A DNA stretch of 64,000 bases. Origin: Planctomycetota bacterium. GTDB lineage: Bacteria; Planctomycetota; GCA-002687715; CAIWVZ01. Numbering within the stretch: position 1 is the stretch's first letter; every line of letters begins with the position of its first letter. Where the stretch lies: assembly GCA_044222185.1 (NCBI GenBank), contig JBGANV010000001.1, positions 320,001 to 384,000 of the forward strand. The letters run 5' to 3'. Positions 9,750 through 18,743 of the stretch are shown here, piece after piece. The notes beneath the pieces are model-generated. The model did not search any database and was not told the DNA's origin. It was given only the letters and a program-made list of their open reading frames with translations. The position numbers were made by a program, and so were the translations under genes.

Positions 9750-11654
9750 ATGGATACGACCGAGAAGATCGATCCGGCGGCCGTCAGCGGCGCTGGCGGG
9801 TCCGGGCCGCTTGGCGCGTTCGTCGGGGCCATGCTCATCCTGGGCATCGTCGCCCTCGCCATGCTGCCAGGCCTCGGCGCCCGCGACTTCTGGCCGCCAG
9901 ACGAAGCCCGCTACGGCGAGGTCGCACGCGAGATGTGGGCCGGCGGTGATCCCGCGGTGCCGCATTTGAACGGCACGGTCTACTACGACAAACCGCCAGG
10001 CTACTTCTGGGCGGTGCTCGGGGCCGCACGCATCCACGGTGCGCTCGATGAGTGGGCCGCGCGGCTGCCCTCCGTCGCGGGCGCTGCGCTGATGGCGCTC
10101 TCGGTGTTCTGGATGCTCGGTCCTCGCACATCGTTCGGTACGGCGATGATGGGCGCCCTGGTCTCGCTCGGGAGCGTTTCCGTCGTATGGCAGGGGAGGT
10201 CGTCGCAGCTCGACTGCCTCTTCGCCGGGCTGATTTCGATGGGGATGGCTGCGTTCTTTCGCGCGGCCGACCGCCAACGCCCGAAGGCCGTGATGCTCGG
10301 GTTCTTCCTCTGCGGGCTCTCGGTCCTCGTCAAGGGACCTCTGTGCCTGGTGATGATGGTTGGCGGATTCCTCGGCGCCCTCTGCTGCCGGCGGGGCCGC
10401 ATGATCTTCAATCGCTGGTTCGTCGTCGGCTTCGTCCTCTTCCTGCTCCCGACGACGGCGTGGTTCGGCTGGGCATGGCTCGATCTCGACCGCGCCCGTC
10501 CGGGCTCCGGCCTCGACTACATCCAGACGTTGATCGACACCCAGGTGCTCGGCCGCATCAACGTCGCCCGCGCGAGCGAGAGGCCCTGGCATTGGTACAT
10601 CAGCGACGGCTTCCCGAAGGTCGCGGCGCCGTTCTTCCTCTTGCCGCTTGGACTGCTGTTCCCGAGCGCCCGGTATGCGCTGTCCGCGGGTGCGCGACGC
10701 TTGTCCTGGTTCGCACTCGGGTGGTTCGTCGTCTCGTTCGTCGCCCAGTCGTACTTCCCGGGCAAGCGCGTGAATTACCTCGTGCCGTTGATGCCGGCCG
10801 TCGCCATCCTCGCTGCTGTCGGCGTCCACGGCGTCGTGACGGCCTGGCCTCGCGCCGGGTTCCGGCTGCTCGCGACGATCTGCGGGATCCTCGGGGTCGT
10901 CGTGACGGCTGCGGGGCTTCTGCTCGCGGCGAACGTCGACGACTCGGTTGCGGCTCAGTTCCGCGACCGCGCCGAGCCGGTGATCGAGCGGCGCGCCGAG
11001 AAGATCGTGAAGGACGAGCAGGACGACGAGTCGGATGCGCCGAATGGGTCCGACTCCGCGCCCGCGTCACGTTCCTACGGGTACACCGCGCCCGAAAGCC
11101 GGCCATCGTCCCAACTCGCAAGAGAGATGATTGCTGCCTTGGATTGGAACGCCCTCCGCCACGGCTTGACGCTCGCCGGGATCGTGATCCTCGCCCTCGG
11201 GATCGCATCTCTGGCGACACTCGCGAGTGGGGCGCTGCGAGCCTCCGTCGCGTGGCTCGCACTCGCCGTCGCCGTCGGCGGTGGGCTTGCGCTCGGCTAC
11301 GTGTTCCCCCTGCTCGATCCCCTCGTGTCACACCAGCCGGCCGCGCTCGCCATTCGCGAGGCTCTTCAACGCCATCCCGCGGATGCGCCTGTCGGATTCT
11401 TCCGACATCTCGACGAGGCTTTTCCTTTCTACATGGCCCGTCCCGCGCCCGAGATCGCATCGGTCCGCGAACCGTGGACGACCGCACAAATCCGCGAAGA
11501 GGCACGCCGCTTCTTGATGCAGCGGGGAAGTCTCCTCATCGTGCGCGGCGACAAGCTTGCGGAGTTCGGACTTCGTGAGTTCGCCTCCGGCCGAATCGTC
11601 GGTCCCCTGCGCGCCGGAGGGAAACAGTTCTTCGCACTCGAAGGTCCTCCTTGA
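9750..11654 (+). CDS. ArnT/PMT-family (GT-C) lipid-phosphate-sugar-dependent glycosyltransferase
   Basis: PPDEARYGEVAREM, PHLNG...YYDKPP, ARLPS, LVKGP and KRVNYLVP motifs; many transmembrane segments. Confidence 0.9.
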   Translation: MDTTEKIDPAAVSGAGGSGPLGAFVGAMLILGIVALAMLPGLGARDFWPPDEARYGEVAREMWAGGDPAVPHLNGTVYYDKPPGYFWAVLGAARIHGALDEWAARLPSVAGAALMALSVFWMLGPRTSFGTAMMGALVSLGSVSVVWQGRSSQLDCLFAGLISMGMAAFFRAADRQRPKAVMLGFFLCGLSVLVKGPLCLVMMVGGFLGALCCRRGRMIFNRWFVVGFVLFLLPTTAWFGWAWLDLDRARPGSGLDYIQTLIDTQVLGRINVARASERPWHWYISDGFPKVAAPFFLLPLGLLFPSARYALSAGARRLSWFALGWFVVSFVAQSYFPGKRVNYLVPLMPAVAILAAVGVHGVVTAWPRAGFRLLATICGILGVVVTAAGLLLAANVDDSVAAQFRDRAEPVIERRAEKIVKDEQDDESDAPNGSDSAPASRSYGYTAPESRPSSQLAREMIAALDWNALRHGLTLAGIVILALGIASLATLASGALRASVAWLALAVAVGGGLALGYVFPLLDPLVSHQPAALAIREALQRHPADAPVGFFRHLDEAFPFYMARPAPEIASVREPWTTAQIREEARRFLMQRGSLLIVRGDKLAEFGLREFASGRIVGPLRAGGKQFFALEGPP

Positions 11655-12502
11655 ACACGCTGCTCACCGTCGTCATTCCCGTCTTCAACGAGGCGGAGAA
11701 CATCGATCCGCTGCTGGCCGAGTTGGTGCCCGTACTGGATGCGATCACCGCGTCCTACGAGATCGTGCTCGTGAACGACGGGAGCCGCGACGCTACCCAC
11801 GACAAGATCGTCGCAGCGCAGGCGCGCGTGAGGAACCTGCGCAACCTCCGCCTGACTCAGAACACCGGGCAGACCGCCGCGTTCGACTGCGGGTTCCGCG
11901 CGGCGCGTGGCGATTTCATCGCGACCATGGACGGCGATCTCCAGATCGACCCGCGTGACCTGGTTCCCATGTGGGAGCGGCTGCACACGGGGGACGTGGA
12001 CTTCGTTTTCGGCCGGCGCGCCAAGCGCAAGGACGGGTTCCTGAAGACCGTCTCCACCAAGATCGCCAACGGCACCCGCAACTGGCTGACGGGCGAGCGG
12101 ATCGTCGACACGGGGTGTCCGCTGAAGATCTTCCGGCGCGAGGTGCTCGACCGGTTGACGCTCTTCAACGGCTTCCATCGTTTCTTCATCACCCTCGCTC
12201 ACATCGAAGGGTTCAAGTCCGCGGAGGTGATCGTCAATCATCGCCCCCGAGTTGCGGGCGTGAGCAAGTACGGGGTGTGGAACCGGGTGTTTCGCGCGCT
12301 CCGGGATTGCCTCGTCGTCCGATGGATGCAGCGTCGCCACATCCGGTACGCCGTCGATGAAGTGACCGGCGGCGGAAAAGTCGCCCGGAGCACCTCGACG
12401 GGGCTGCGCGAGTCGCCGTCTCTCCAGCGCCCGTTGCGTGGTGAGGGGCTGGACGTTCGAGGCACGCACTCTCGGGAACGGACCGGGGAAATCAGCCTGT
12501 AG
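11651..12502 (+). CDS. GT2 polyprenyl-phosphate glycosyltransferase (ArnC/DPM1-like)
   Basis: VVIPVFNEAENI, VNDGSRD, TMDGDLQIDP, DTGCPLK, HRPRVAGVSKYG; TTG start overlapping the upstream stop. Confidence 0.9.
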   Translation: MNTLLTVVIPVFNEAENIDPLLAELVPVLDAITASYEIVLVNDGSRDATHDKIVAAQARVRNLRNLRLTQNTGQTAAFDCGFRAARGDFIATMDGDLQIDPRDLVPMWERLHTGDVDFVFGRRAKRKDGFLKTVSTKIANGTRNWLTGERIVDTGCPLKIFRREVLDRLTLFNGFHRFFITLAHIEGFKSAEVIVNHRPRVAGVSKYGVWNRVFRALRDCLVVRWMQRRHIRYAVDEVTGGGKVARSTSTGLRESPSLQRPLRGEGLDVRGTHSRERTGEISL

Positions 12503-12562
12503 TTTCGACGTTCGACACCGCGTCCGGCGGTCGACACCTGACGTCGACCTGCGCCGGATCGC

Positions 12563-12590
12563 TTGACCGTCGCGGACGAGCCGCTACCGT
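12563..12590 (+). promoter_or_regulatory. Putative sigma70 promoter (TTGACC-N16-TACCGT) 7 nt before the ATG; possibly leaderless
   Basis: -35 and -10-like hexamers directly upstream of 12598; no Shine-Dalgarno. Confidence 0.45.
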
Positions 12591-12597
12591 CGCCACG

Positions 12598-13299
12598 ATG
12601 GCGATTCCCCACGAAGTGATCGACACGATCGGATGGACTGCGCAGGCCTGTTTCTTCGGGCGCATGCTGATCCAGTGGATCGCATCGGAGCGGGTGGGAC
12701 GTTCCGTCGTGCCGCCATCGTTCTGGTACCTCTCGCTCGCAGGGACGTTGCTCGGCGGCGTCTTCGCATGGCTTGGACCGAACGACCTGATCTTCACGGC
12801 GTCGTACGCGTTCAACGTGGTGCCGTACCTGCGGAACATCATGCTGGCGCGGCGGCCCGGCGACGGGCTCCGATCGCGGTACCTCGTTCTCATCTCCGTT
12901 GCCGTCGCGGCCGGTTGCTGCTGGATGCTTTGGGGCGACCGGAGGATTCGCGAGACGTGGTCCGAGCAATCGCTGCTCTGGCTCGTCGTCGGAGTCCTGG
13001 GGCAGGGACTGTGGGCGAGTCGATTCCTGATCCAGTGGGTGCTGGCCGAGCGCCGCGGTCGAGCCGAGCTCACCCTCTCGTTCTTCGTGATCAGCCTCGT
13101 CGCCTCGATCATGGTGCTCGCCTACGCCGTGCGACTCATGTCCTGGCCGCTGATCGCCGGGCAGGTGCTGAGTCCCGTGGTGTACGGGCGAAACCTCGTG
13201 CTCCAGCTGCGCCACCGCGAGGCGTCGGCGCCGGCCGTGACGCCCGTCGCCTCGAAGCCGGCCGTCGGCGTTCCCGCCGCCGCCTCCGCCGCGTCTTGA
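12598..13299 (+). CDS. Membrane protein with two lipid-A-disaccharide synthase N-terminal (LAB_N) repeats
   Basis: Repeat 1 FFGRMLIQWIASERVGRSVVPPSFWYLSL; repeat 2 WASRFLIQWVLAERRGRAELTLSFFVISL. Confidence 0.85.
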   Translation: MAIPHEVIDTIGWTAQACFFGRMLIQWIASERVGRSVVPPSFWYLSLAGTLLGGVFAWLGPNDLIFTASYAFNVVPYLRNIMLARRPGDGLRSRYLVLISVAVAAGCCWMLWGDRRIRETWSEQSLLWLVVGVLGQGLWASRFLIQWVLAERRGRAELTLSFFVISLVASIMVLAYAVRLMSWPLIAGQVLSPVVYGRNLVLQLRHREASAPAVTPVASKPAVGVPAAASAAS

Positions 13300-13337
13300 T
13301 GGCGGGCGGGCTCGCACCTAACATGCGCGCCCTCACT

Positions 13338-13411
13338 GCACCCATAGCTCAATTGGATAGAGCATCTGACTACGGATCAGAAGGTTGGAGGTTCGAGTCC
13401 TCCTGGGTGCG
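13338..13411 (+). tRNA. tRNA-Arg(ACG), CCA not encoded
   Basis: Acceptor stem GCACCCA/TGGGTGC; D-arm GCTCAATTGGATAGAGC; anticodon arm TCTGA-CTACGGA-TCAGA; T-loop GTTCGAG. Confidence 0.97.
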
Positions 13412-13568
13412 CTTGGTGCGATTCAGGGCTTCGAGAAGGAGCGCGGCCGACCCTGCCGGTGCCCGAGCCACACGGCATTTGTCCAAGTCCTCGGGCGGGG
13501 CGACCGTCGGCCCATTCCTGCGCATCCTCGATCTGATCGGTCGCAACCCATCGCGACGCGGGGCTGCC

Positions 13569-14939
13569 CTACCAGACGAGCCGTTGGAAGTTCGACAGTT
13601 CCACCAGCCCCTGCGCGCTGTAGGCGATCGCCACCCCGTCGAAGATCTGTCCCGCGAGGTACGAGAAGGTTCCGACTGGGAGGATGATCGGTCCGCCGGC
13701 ATACGGGCTGGCCGATGCCGGGTAGTGGTAGATGCTCCCCGGCGTCAACGGTTGCCCGAAGCAGAAAGTGACGAACGGATCTGCGAACGGCAGGCCGAAG
13801 AACTGCCCCGTTCCGAGGCCCGCGGGCGCAGGCGTCGCGGAGACGAGCATCCTCACCGCGGCCGCCGCCGTGGGGACCGACGGGATGTAGAGCGTGAGGT
13901 TCCCGGCGCCGTTTCCACCGGTCGCCGCGATGAAGGACAGTGCCTCCTTCAGCTCCCACGTGTCGCCCATGAGCGTGGTTCCGAAGCCGGTCGTGCCGCC
14001 GAAGAGCACGAGCTTCCCGCGGGCCGCGTCGTAGACCATGCCTTGGTTGCCACGCAGCGGTCCCGGGTTTGGTGCGAGCGTCGTCGACGTCCAGTTCGTT
14101 CCGTTCCACTCCCAGACGAAGTCGTCAGGGGCTCCGAACAGGACGGTGACGTTCCGCGCCGAATCGAAGGCCATGGCGACGCCGTTTCGTGCGGCGGGAA
14201 CAGTGGCCGGGAACCTCTGACTCCAGATCGTGCCGTTGAACTCCCAGGTGGCGGAGCTGACGGTGTTCCCCACGGGTTGATAGCCGCCGAAGTACACGAC
14301 GACACCGCGATTCGAGTCGTAAGCCATCATGCCGTTTTCGGGTGCCGTCGGCGCCGGTGTGCTGGGCGGGCCAACGATTAGCGACCACGTGGATCCGTTC
14401 CAGGTCCAGGTTTGGGTGAACGGCACGCCGACGGCGTCGTTGCCGCCGTACACGACCATGGCTCCGATCGCCGCGTCAAAGGCTGCGGCGTGGTTCAGAC
14501 GCGGCGTCGGTCCGCAGTTGCTGCAGGCCTGCGTCCAGGTGTTGCCGTCCCATTCCCAGGTGTCGTTCGCTGCCGCGCTCGGGCCGAGCTCGCCACCAAA
14601 CAGCACCGTCCGCTTGCGGATCGAGTCGTAGACGAGCGTATGCAGCCGGCGAGGCGGGGGCGTCGGACCCGTCAGGGCTCGTTGGATCCAGTTCGTTCCG
14701 TCCCATTCCCACGTGTCGCCCAATCGATAGGGCGCGCCGAGGATCGTCCCGCCGAACAGCACCGTTCGGTGGCGCGCGGAGTCGTATGCCATGGCGTGGT
14801 GCATTCGAGCTCCGGGCGTCACGAAGGGCGCCCGCAGGTCCCATTGGAGTTGAGCGGTTGCCGTCGTGCCCGGCAGCAGCATCGTGAGAAGCAGATACGA
14901 CGCGAGTATGGATCGGCGACGTGGCGTGGATGTCCTCAT
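13569..14939 (-). CDS. Secreted kelch-like beta-propeller protein with a conserved C-terminal domain
   Basis: AAGGA RBS; signal peptide ending ATAQ; repeats of MAYDS.R...VLFGG...DTWEWDG; ends SNFQRLVW. Confidence 0.85.
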   Translation of the reverse strand: MRTSTPRRRSILASYLLLTMLLPGTTATAQLQWDLRAPFVTPGARMHHAMAYDSARHRTVLFGGTILGAPYRLGDTWEWDGTNWIQRALTGPTPPPRRLHTLVYDSIRKRTVLFGGELGPSAAANDTWEWDGNTWTQACSNCGPTPRLNHAAAFDAAIGAMVVYGGNDAVGVPFTQTWTWNGSTWSLIVGPPSTPAPTAPENGMMAYDSNRGVVVYFGGYQPVGNTVSSATWEFNGTIWSQRFPATVPAARNGVAMAFDSARNVTVLFGAPDDFVWEWNGTNWTSTTLAPNPGPLRGNQGMVYDAARGKLVLFGGTTGFGTTLMGDTWELKEALSFIAATGGNGAGNLTLYIPSVPTAAAAVRMLVSATPAPAGLGTGQFFGLPFADPFVTFCFGQPLTPGSIYHYPASASPYAGGPIILPVGTFSYLAGQIFDGVAIAYSAQGLVELSNFQRLVW

Positions 14940-15069
14940 GGTGTGTCCTTTCCGCAGCGGGGCGGCGCCGTCACCGGAAGTCGGTGGGCTTCCGCCTCGT
15001 CGTCGCACGATGTGCACACACGTCCGAATGTGACGCGCGATCCAGACCGTTTTTCGAAGCTCCGGAGCG

Positions 15070-15714
15070 TCAGTCGTCGCCGAGTTCGTCGAGCACCGAC
15101 CCGGGAAGCCTGGCGCGCAGCTTCGCGAGAGCTCGCCGGTACCGCTTGGTCGCGGAGTTCGGAGCCATGGAGAGCTTGGACGCAACCTCGTGCATCGGCA
15201 GGCCTTCCATGGCCCGGAGCACCACCAGGGCTCGGTCGAGTTCGCCGAGACCCTCGATTGCCTGCGAGACGATCCCTTCGACTTCACGACGGACGACGTC
15301 CCGAACGACCGAGGCCGTGTCGGCGGGCAGCGCCGCAGTCCGTTTCTTGCGGTCGGTTCCAGGCGGCTCCAGAGGAACCTCCAACGCATACACGCGTTCG
15401 CGCAGCTCGTTCTGAAGGCAATAGTGCAGAATCGTGGTCAGGAACTTCACGAACGACGGCGTTACCCGCACATAGAGGCAATCGAATGTGGGAAGTTGCG
15501 GAAGCGCGCGCTCCCATACCTCTTGAACCAGGTCTTCAGCGAGCAAGCGAGTTCGGAGATGCGCAGGAATCCGTCGCCGTGCGACCGCCACGAGCAAGGC
15601 CGTGAACCGTTCGACCAGCTTTCGAAGCGCCGCGGCGTCGCCTCGAAGCGCATTGCGGACGATGACCGACGTCACGCCGGCACCGGGATTGGGCTCGCTG
15701 GCCGAGGTCTCCAT
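15070..15714 (-). CDS. ECF RNA polymerase sigma factor (planctomycete type, kinase-associated)
   Basis: ALRGDAAALRKL, LAEDLVQEVW (region 2); region 4 LVVLRAMEGLPMHEVA...KRYRRALAKLR. Confidence 0.88.
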   Translation of the reverse strand: METSASEPNPGAGVTSVIVRNALRGDAAALRKLVERFTALLVAVARRRIPAHLRTRLLAEDLVQEVWERALPQLPTFDCLYVRVTPSFVKFLTTILHYCLQNELRERVYALEVPLEPPGTDRKKRTAALPADTASVVRDVVRREVEGIVSQAIEGLGELDRALVVLRAMEGLPMHEVASKLSMAPNSATKRYRRALAKLRARLPGSVLDELGDD

Positions 15715-15838
15715 CGCGCCAGCCTATTCGGTTGCCCAGGGGACCCCAACCATTCGTCGACCGGTCGAGGGCTCGCGGAAGCCGTCGCACTCGTTGTATC
15801 CTGACGCGTGCCTCGTGCAGCGCGGGCGTGGCGGAGCG

Positions 15839-18490
15839 ATGACGATGTCGGATGGTGATCGGAATGTCGCCGCGGCCTTGACCGAGTTCTTGAGCCACTT
15901 GCACGCGGACCGGGAAGCAGGGGTCGACCGCCCACTGGCGGAATACCAAACGATGCAGCCCGGCTATGAGCGGGAGATAGCCGCGGAGTTCTCACGGCTC
16001 GGCGGCGGGCCGCGGTCCACGGCCGAGCGGCAACCCTCGGTCAACACGCCGAAGCCGCTATTCGCCGGCCGATACCGGATGGAAAACGAGCTCGGTCGCG
16101 GCGCCCAGGGCGCCGTATCCGCGGCCGAAGACACCGTGCTGAATCGAAAGGTCGCAGTGAAGCTCCTGCGGTCACCAGAGCTCGCCTCGACGGAGGCACT
16201 CAAACGATTCACTCGCGAGGCGCAGACGGCGTCGCGGCTCGACCACCCGGGCATTTGTCCGGTTTACGACAGCGGCGTCGCGGACGGAGTGCCCTTCATC
16301 GTCATGCGATTCATCGACGGTGTCACGCTCGCGCGCGAACTCGAGGCGGACGTGCCTGCGACGACGCGTGCGGAGGTCCGAGCCCGTCTTCTGTTCGTCG
16401 AGAACGTCGCCAGGGGACTCCATTCGGCCCACGAGAAGGGAGTCATTCACCGTGACATCAATCCGCGGAACATCATGGTGACGCCTGACGGAGACCCAGT
16501 GATCCTCGACTTCGGGCTCGCGCGCGAGTCATCCACCAAGGCCGAGTCGATGACATCCGCTGGGCACGTCGTTGGCACCCTGGCGTACATGTCGCCTGAG
16601 CAACTCGGCCTCGATTCGACGAGCCTCGATGGGCGAACCGACGTCTGGTCCTTGGGCGTAACGTTGTACGAGTGTCTCACCGGTGTGCGGCCGTTCTCGG
16701 CGCCGACGCGCGACAGCCTCTTCCGGTCGATCCTCGCCGACGACCCGAAGGACCCGCGTCGACTGAATCGCGCGATCGACCGTGACGTCGCCGTCGTCGT
16801 CCTGACGGCGTTGGAGAAGGAGCGTAATCGCCGCTATCAGACGGCTGCCGACTTCGCCGAGGATCTGCGGCGGGCGATCGATGGGCAACCCGTGCTCGCC
16901 CGCCCGATCGGGCCGTTCGGCCGGCTCGCTCGGTGGTCACGACGAAGTCCCGTGGTCGCGGGATTGACGGCCGCGGTATTCGTCGCGCTGGCGACCGGCC
17001 TCGTCGGCACGACGGTGCAGAAGAACCGCTTTGATGCCACGCTTCAGGACTGGAACCGGCTCGTCGACGTGCGGCGCCTCGAGTCGCTCGCGCGCGAGGC
17101 AGAAGGGGAACTGATCGCTGCATCCCGCAAGAACATCCCCGCCATGAAGGCGTGGCTGGATCGCGCAGGACGACTCGTGACACGGCTGCCGGAATTGGAG
17201 TCCACTCTGGACGAGGCGCGCCAGAGCGGTCGGCGTCGCACCGTGGACGACCGGCTCTACCAGGAGCGTTCGGCGCCGCTCGTGCGGTTGCGCGACGCGC
17301 TGCGGTTCCGCCTCGGGCACGCGAGGGGCGGTGCGGATTCCGCGATGGACGCCGCATCCTTCGGTGCCGAGTTGTCACGCCTCGAACGAGACATCGCGAA
17401 CCTCGAGGTCTGGACGTTCGACGAGGAAAGCGCCCAGCTGCGCTACGACGGGCTCGACCAGTTGGTCAATGACATCCGCGCGCTCGACGGGCCCAAGGAT
17501 CCGGAGCGTCCCACAATTGCCGCCATGCGCGAGCGCCTCGCCGCGTCCGAGCGGCTCGAGGTTCAGTGGGACTCGGGGGCTGCCGCCTGGGAGGTGACGA
17601 CCCGGGCCATCGCCGAATCGTCCTCCTACGGAGGACTGCGTTTGATGCGGCAGGAGCGCCTGGTGCCGATCGGACCCGACCCCCAATCGGGGCTGTTCGA
17701 GTTCGCCGTAGAGGGAACGGGCACCGTGCCACACAGAGATTCCATCACGGAGGAATTGGTGGTGCAGGGCGATGCCGCGATCGTCCTGGTGCTGCTCCCG
17801 GCTGCGACGTTCCGCATGGGGACTCCGGGAGGCGGAGAGAAGGGCGCCGAGCGTCCCCACGACGTGACGCTCACGGCGTTCTTCATGTCGAAGTTCGAGT
17901 TGACCCAAGCCCAGTTCGCAACCCTGCGCGGCGAGGACGCGGGCGTCGTCGCACGGCTGGGTCCGAATGGGCGGCTCCCCGTCGTCGAATTGAATCGCAG
18001 TCAGGCCGACCGCGTCGTGCGCCAAGGAGGCCTGAGGGTCCCGACCGAGGCTCAGTGGGAATACGCATGTCGCGCGGGTTCACCGACGCGCTTCTATTGC
18101 GGAGACGCCGAGCGCAGCCTGGACGGGCACGAGAACGTCGCGGACGCTTCGTTTCCGCTGGCGCTTCAATCCAAGCGAGTCGACTGGGACGACGGCGCGC
18201 CCCTCGCGACGTTCGTAGGTCGGTATCCAGCGAATGGGTTCGGCCTGCACGACATGCATGGCAACGTCACGGAATGGACCTGCGACCCGTATCACGAGGT
18301 GTTGTCCTCGGCGGACCATCGCCCGGGTGACGGCGCCGTGCAGCTGGGCCCATCGAACTACTGCGTCACCCGGGGTGGAAGCTACTACCTCAATCCGGAA
18401 TATTGCCGTTCCGCGATGCGGCATTCACCCAAGGCCGTTCACACCAATCTCACGCTCGGCGTGAGGCCTTCGCGCGGCGTTGAGCCCTAG
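15839..18490 (+). CDS. Hanks-type Ser/Thr kinase with a transmembrane segment and a C-terminal FGE-sulfatase (SUMF1) domain
   Basis: GGAG RBS; VAVK, RFTREA, HRDINPRN, DFGLA, GTLAYMSPEQ, DVWSLG; TM VAGLTAAVFVALATGLVG; FGE motifs PTEAQWEYACRAG, NGFGLHDMHGNVTEW and RGGSY. Confidence 0.92.
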   Translation: MTMSDGDRNVAAALTEFLSHLHADREAGVDRPLAEYQTMQPGYEREIAAEFSRLGGGPRSTAERQPSVNTPKPLFAGRYRMENELGRGAQGAVSAAEDTVLNRKVAVKLLRSPELASTEALKRFTREAQTASRLDHPGICPVYDSGVADGVPFIVMRFIDGVTLARELEADVPATTRAEVRARLLFVENVARGLHSAHEKGVIHRDINPRNIMVTPDGDPVILDFGLARESSTKAESMTSAGHVVGTLAYMSPEQLGLDSTSLDGRTDVWSLGVTLYECLTGVRPFSAPTRDSLFRSILADDPKDPRRLNRAIDRDVAVVVLTALEKERNRRYQTAADFAEDLRRAIDGQPVLARPIGPFGRLARWSRRSPVVAGLTAAVFVALATGLVGTTVQKNRFDATLQDWNRLVDVRRLESLAREAEGELIAASRKNIPAMKAWLDRAGRLVTRLPELESTLDEARQSGRRRTVDDRLYQERSAPLVRLRDALRFRLGHARGGADSAMDAASFGAELSRLERDIANLEVWTFDEESAQLRYDGLDQLVNDIRALDGPKDPERPTIAAMRERLAASERLEVQWDSGAAAWEVTTRAIAESSSYGGLRLMRQERLVPIGPDPQSGLFEFAVEGTGTVPHRDSITEELVVQGDAAIVLVLLPAATFRMGTPGGGEKGAERPHDVTLTAFFMSKFELTQAQFATLRGEDAGVVARLGPNGRLPVVELNRSQADRVVRQGGLRVPTEAQWEYACRAGSPTRFYCGDAERSLDGHENVADASFPLALQSKRVDWDDGAPLATFVGRYPANGFGLHDMHGNVTEWTCDPYHEVLSSADHRPGDGAVQLGPSNYCVTRGGSYYLNPEYCRSAMRHSPKAVHTNLTLGVRPSRGVEP

Positions 18491-18743
18491 TGGTGCCAGT
18501 TTTCTTGGTTGGGCGCTTGGAGTCGGGTTCCCGACTTCCCATGACAACGACTGAGACCAGGGCACCGGCGTCGACGGAAGCGCCAGCCTTTGGGTTCTGA
18601 TACTTGACCTTCCGGCCACGATCATAGGGTGGCTCGAGAATCATTCCGTCGGCTCCGAAAGCGAGGAGACCACACTCGTAGCGGGAGCAGAAGTCGATCG
18701 CGTCTCCGAGGAGCTTGAACTCGCAAACCACAACGCGTCCCAT
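18450..18743 (-). CDS. Small (97 aa) protein with a PASTA-like motif
   Basis: Strong GAGGAG RBS before the ATG at 18743; VKYQNPKAGASVDAGALVSVVV resembles the C-terminal half of a PASTA domain; the 3' end overlaps the kinase 3' end. Confidence 0.5.
   Translation of the reverse strand: MGRVVVCEFKLLGDAIDFCSRYECGLLAFGADGMILEPPYDRGRKVKYQNPKAGASVDAGALVSVVVMGSREPDSKRPTKKTGTTRAQRRAKASRRA

Noticed and set aside
12503-12552. Cluster of TCGAC/TCGACACC short repeats upstream of the LAB_N gene
   Set aside because: TCGA-containing words are very common throughout this sequence and the spacing is irregular.
15602-15838. N-terminal extension of the kinase ORF overlapping the ECF gene (and the 14940-15389 extension of the kelch ORF)
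   Set aside because: Better starts with RBS exist at 15839 and 14939; the extensions overlap the ECF gene and look non-coding.
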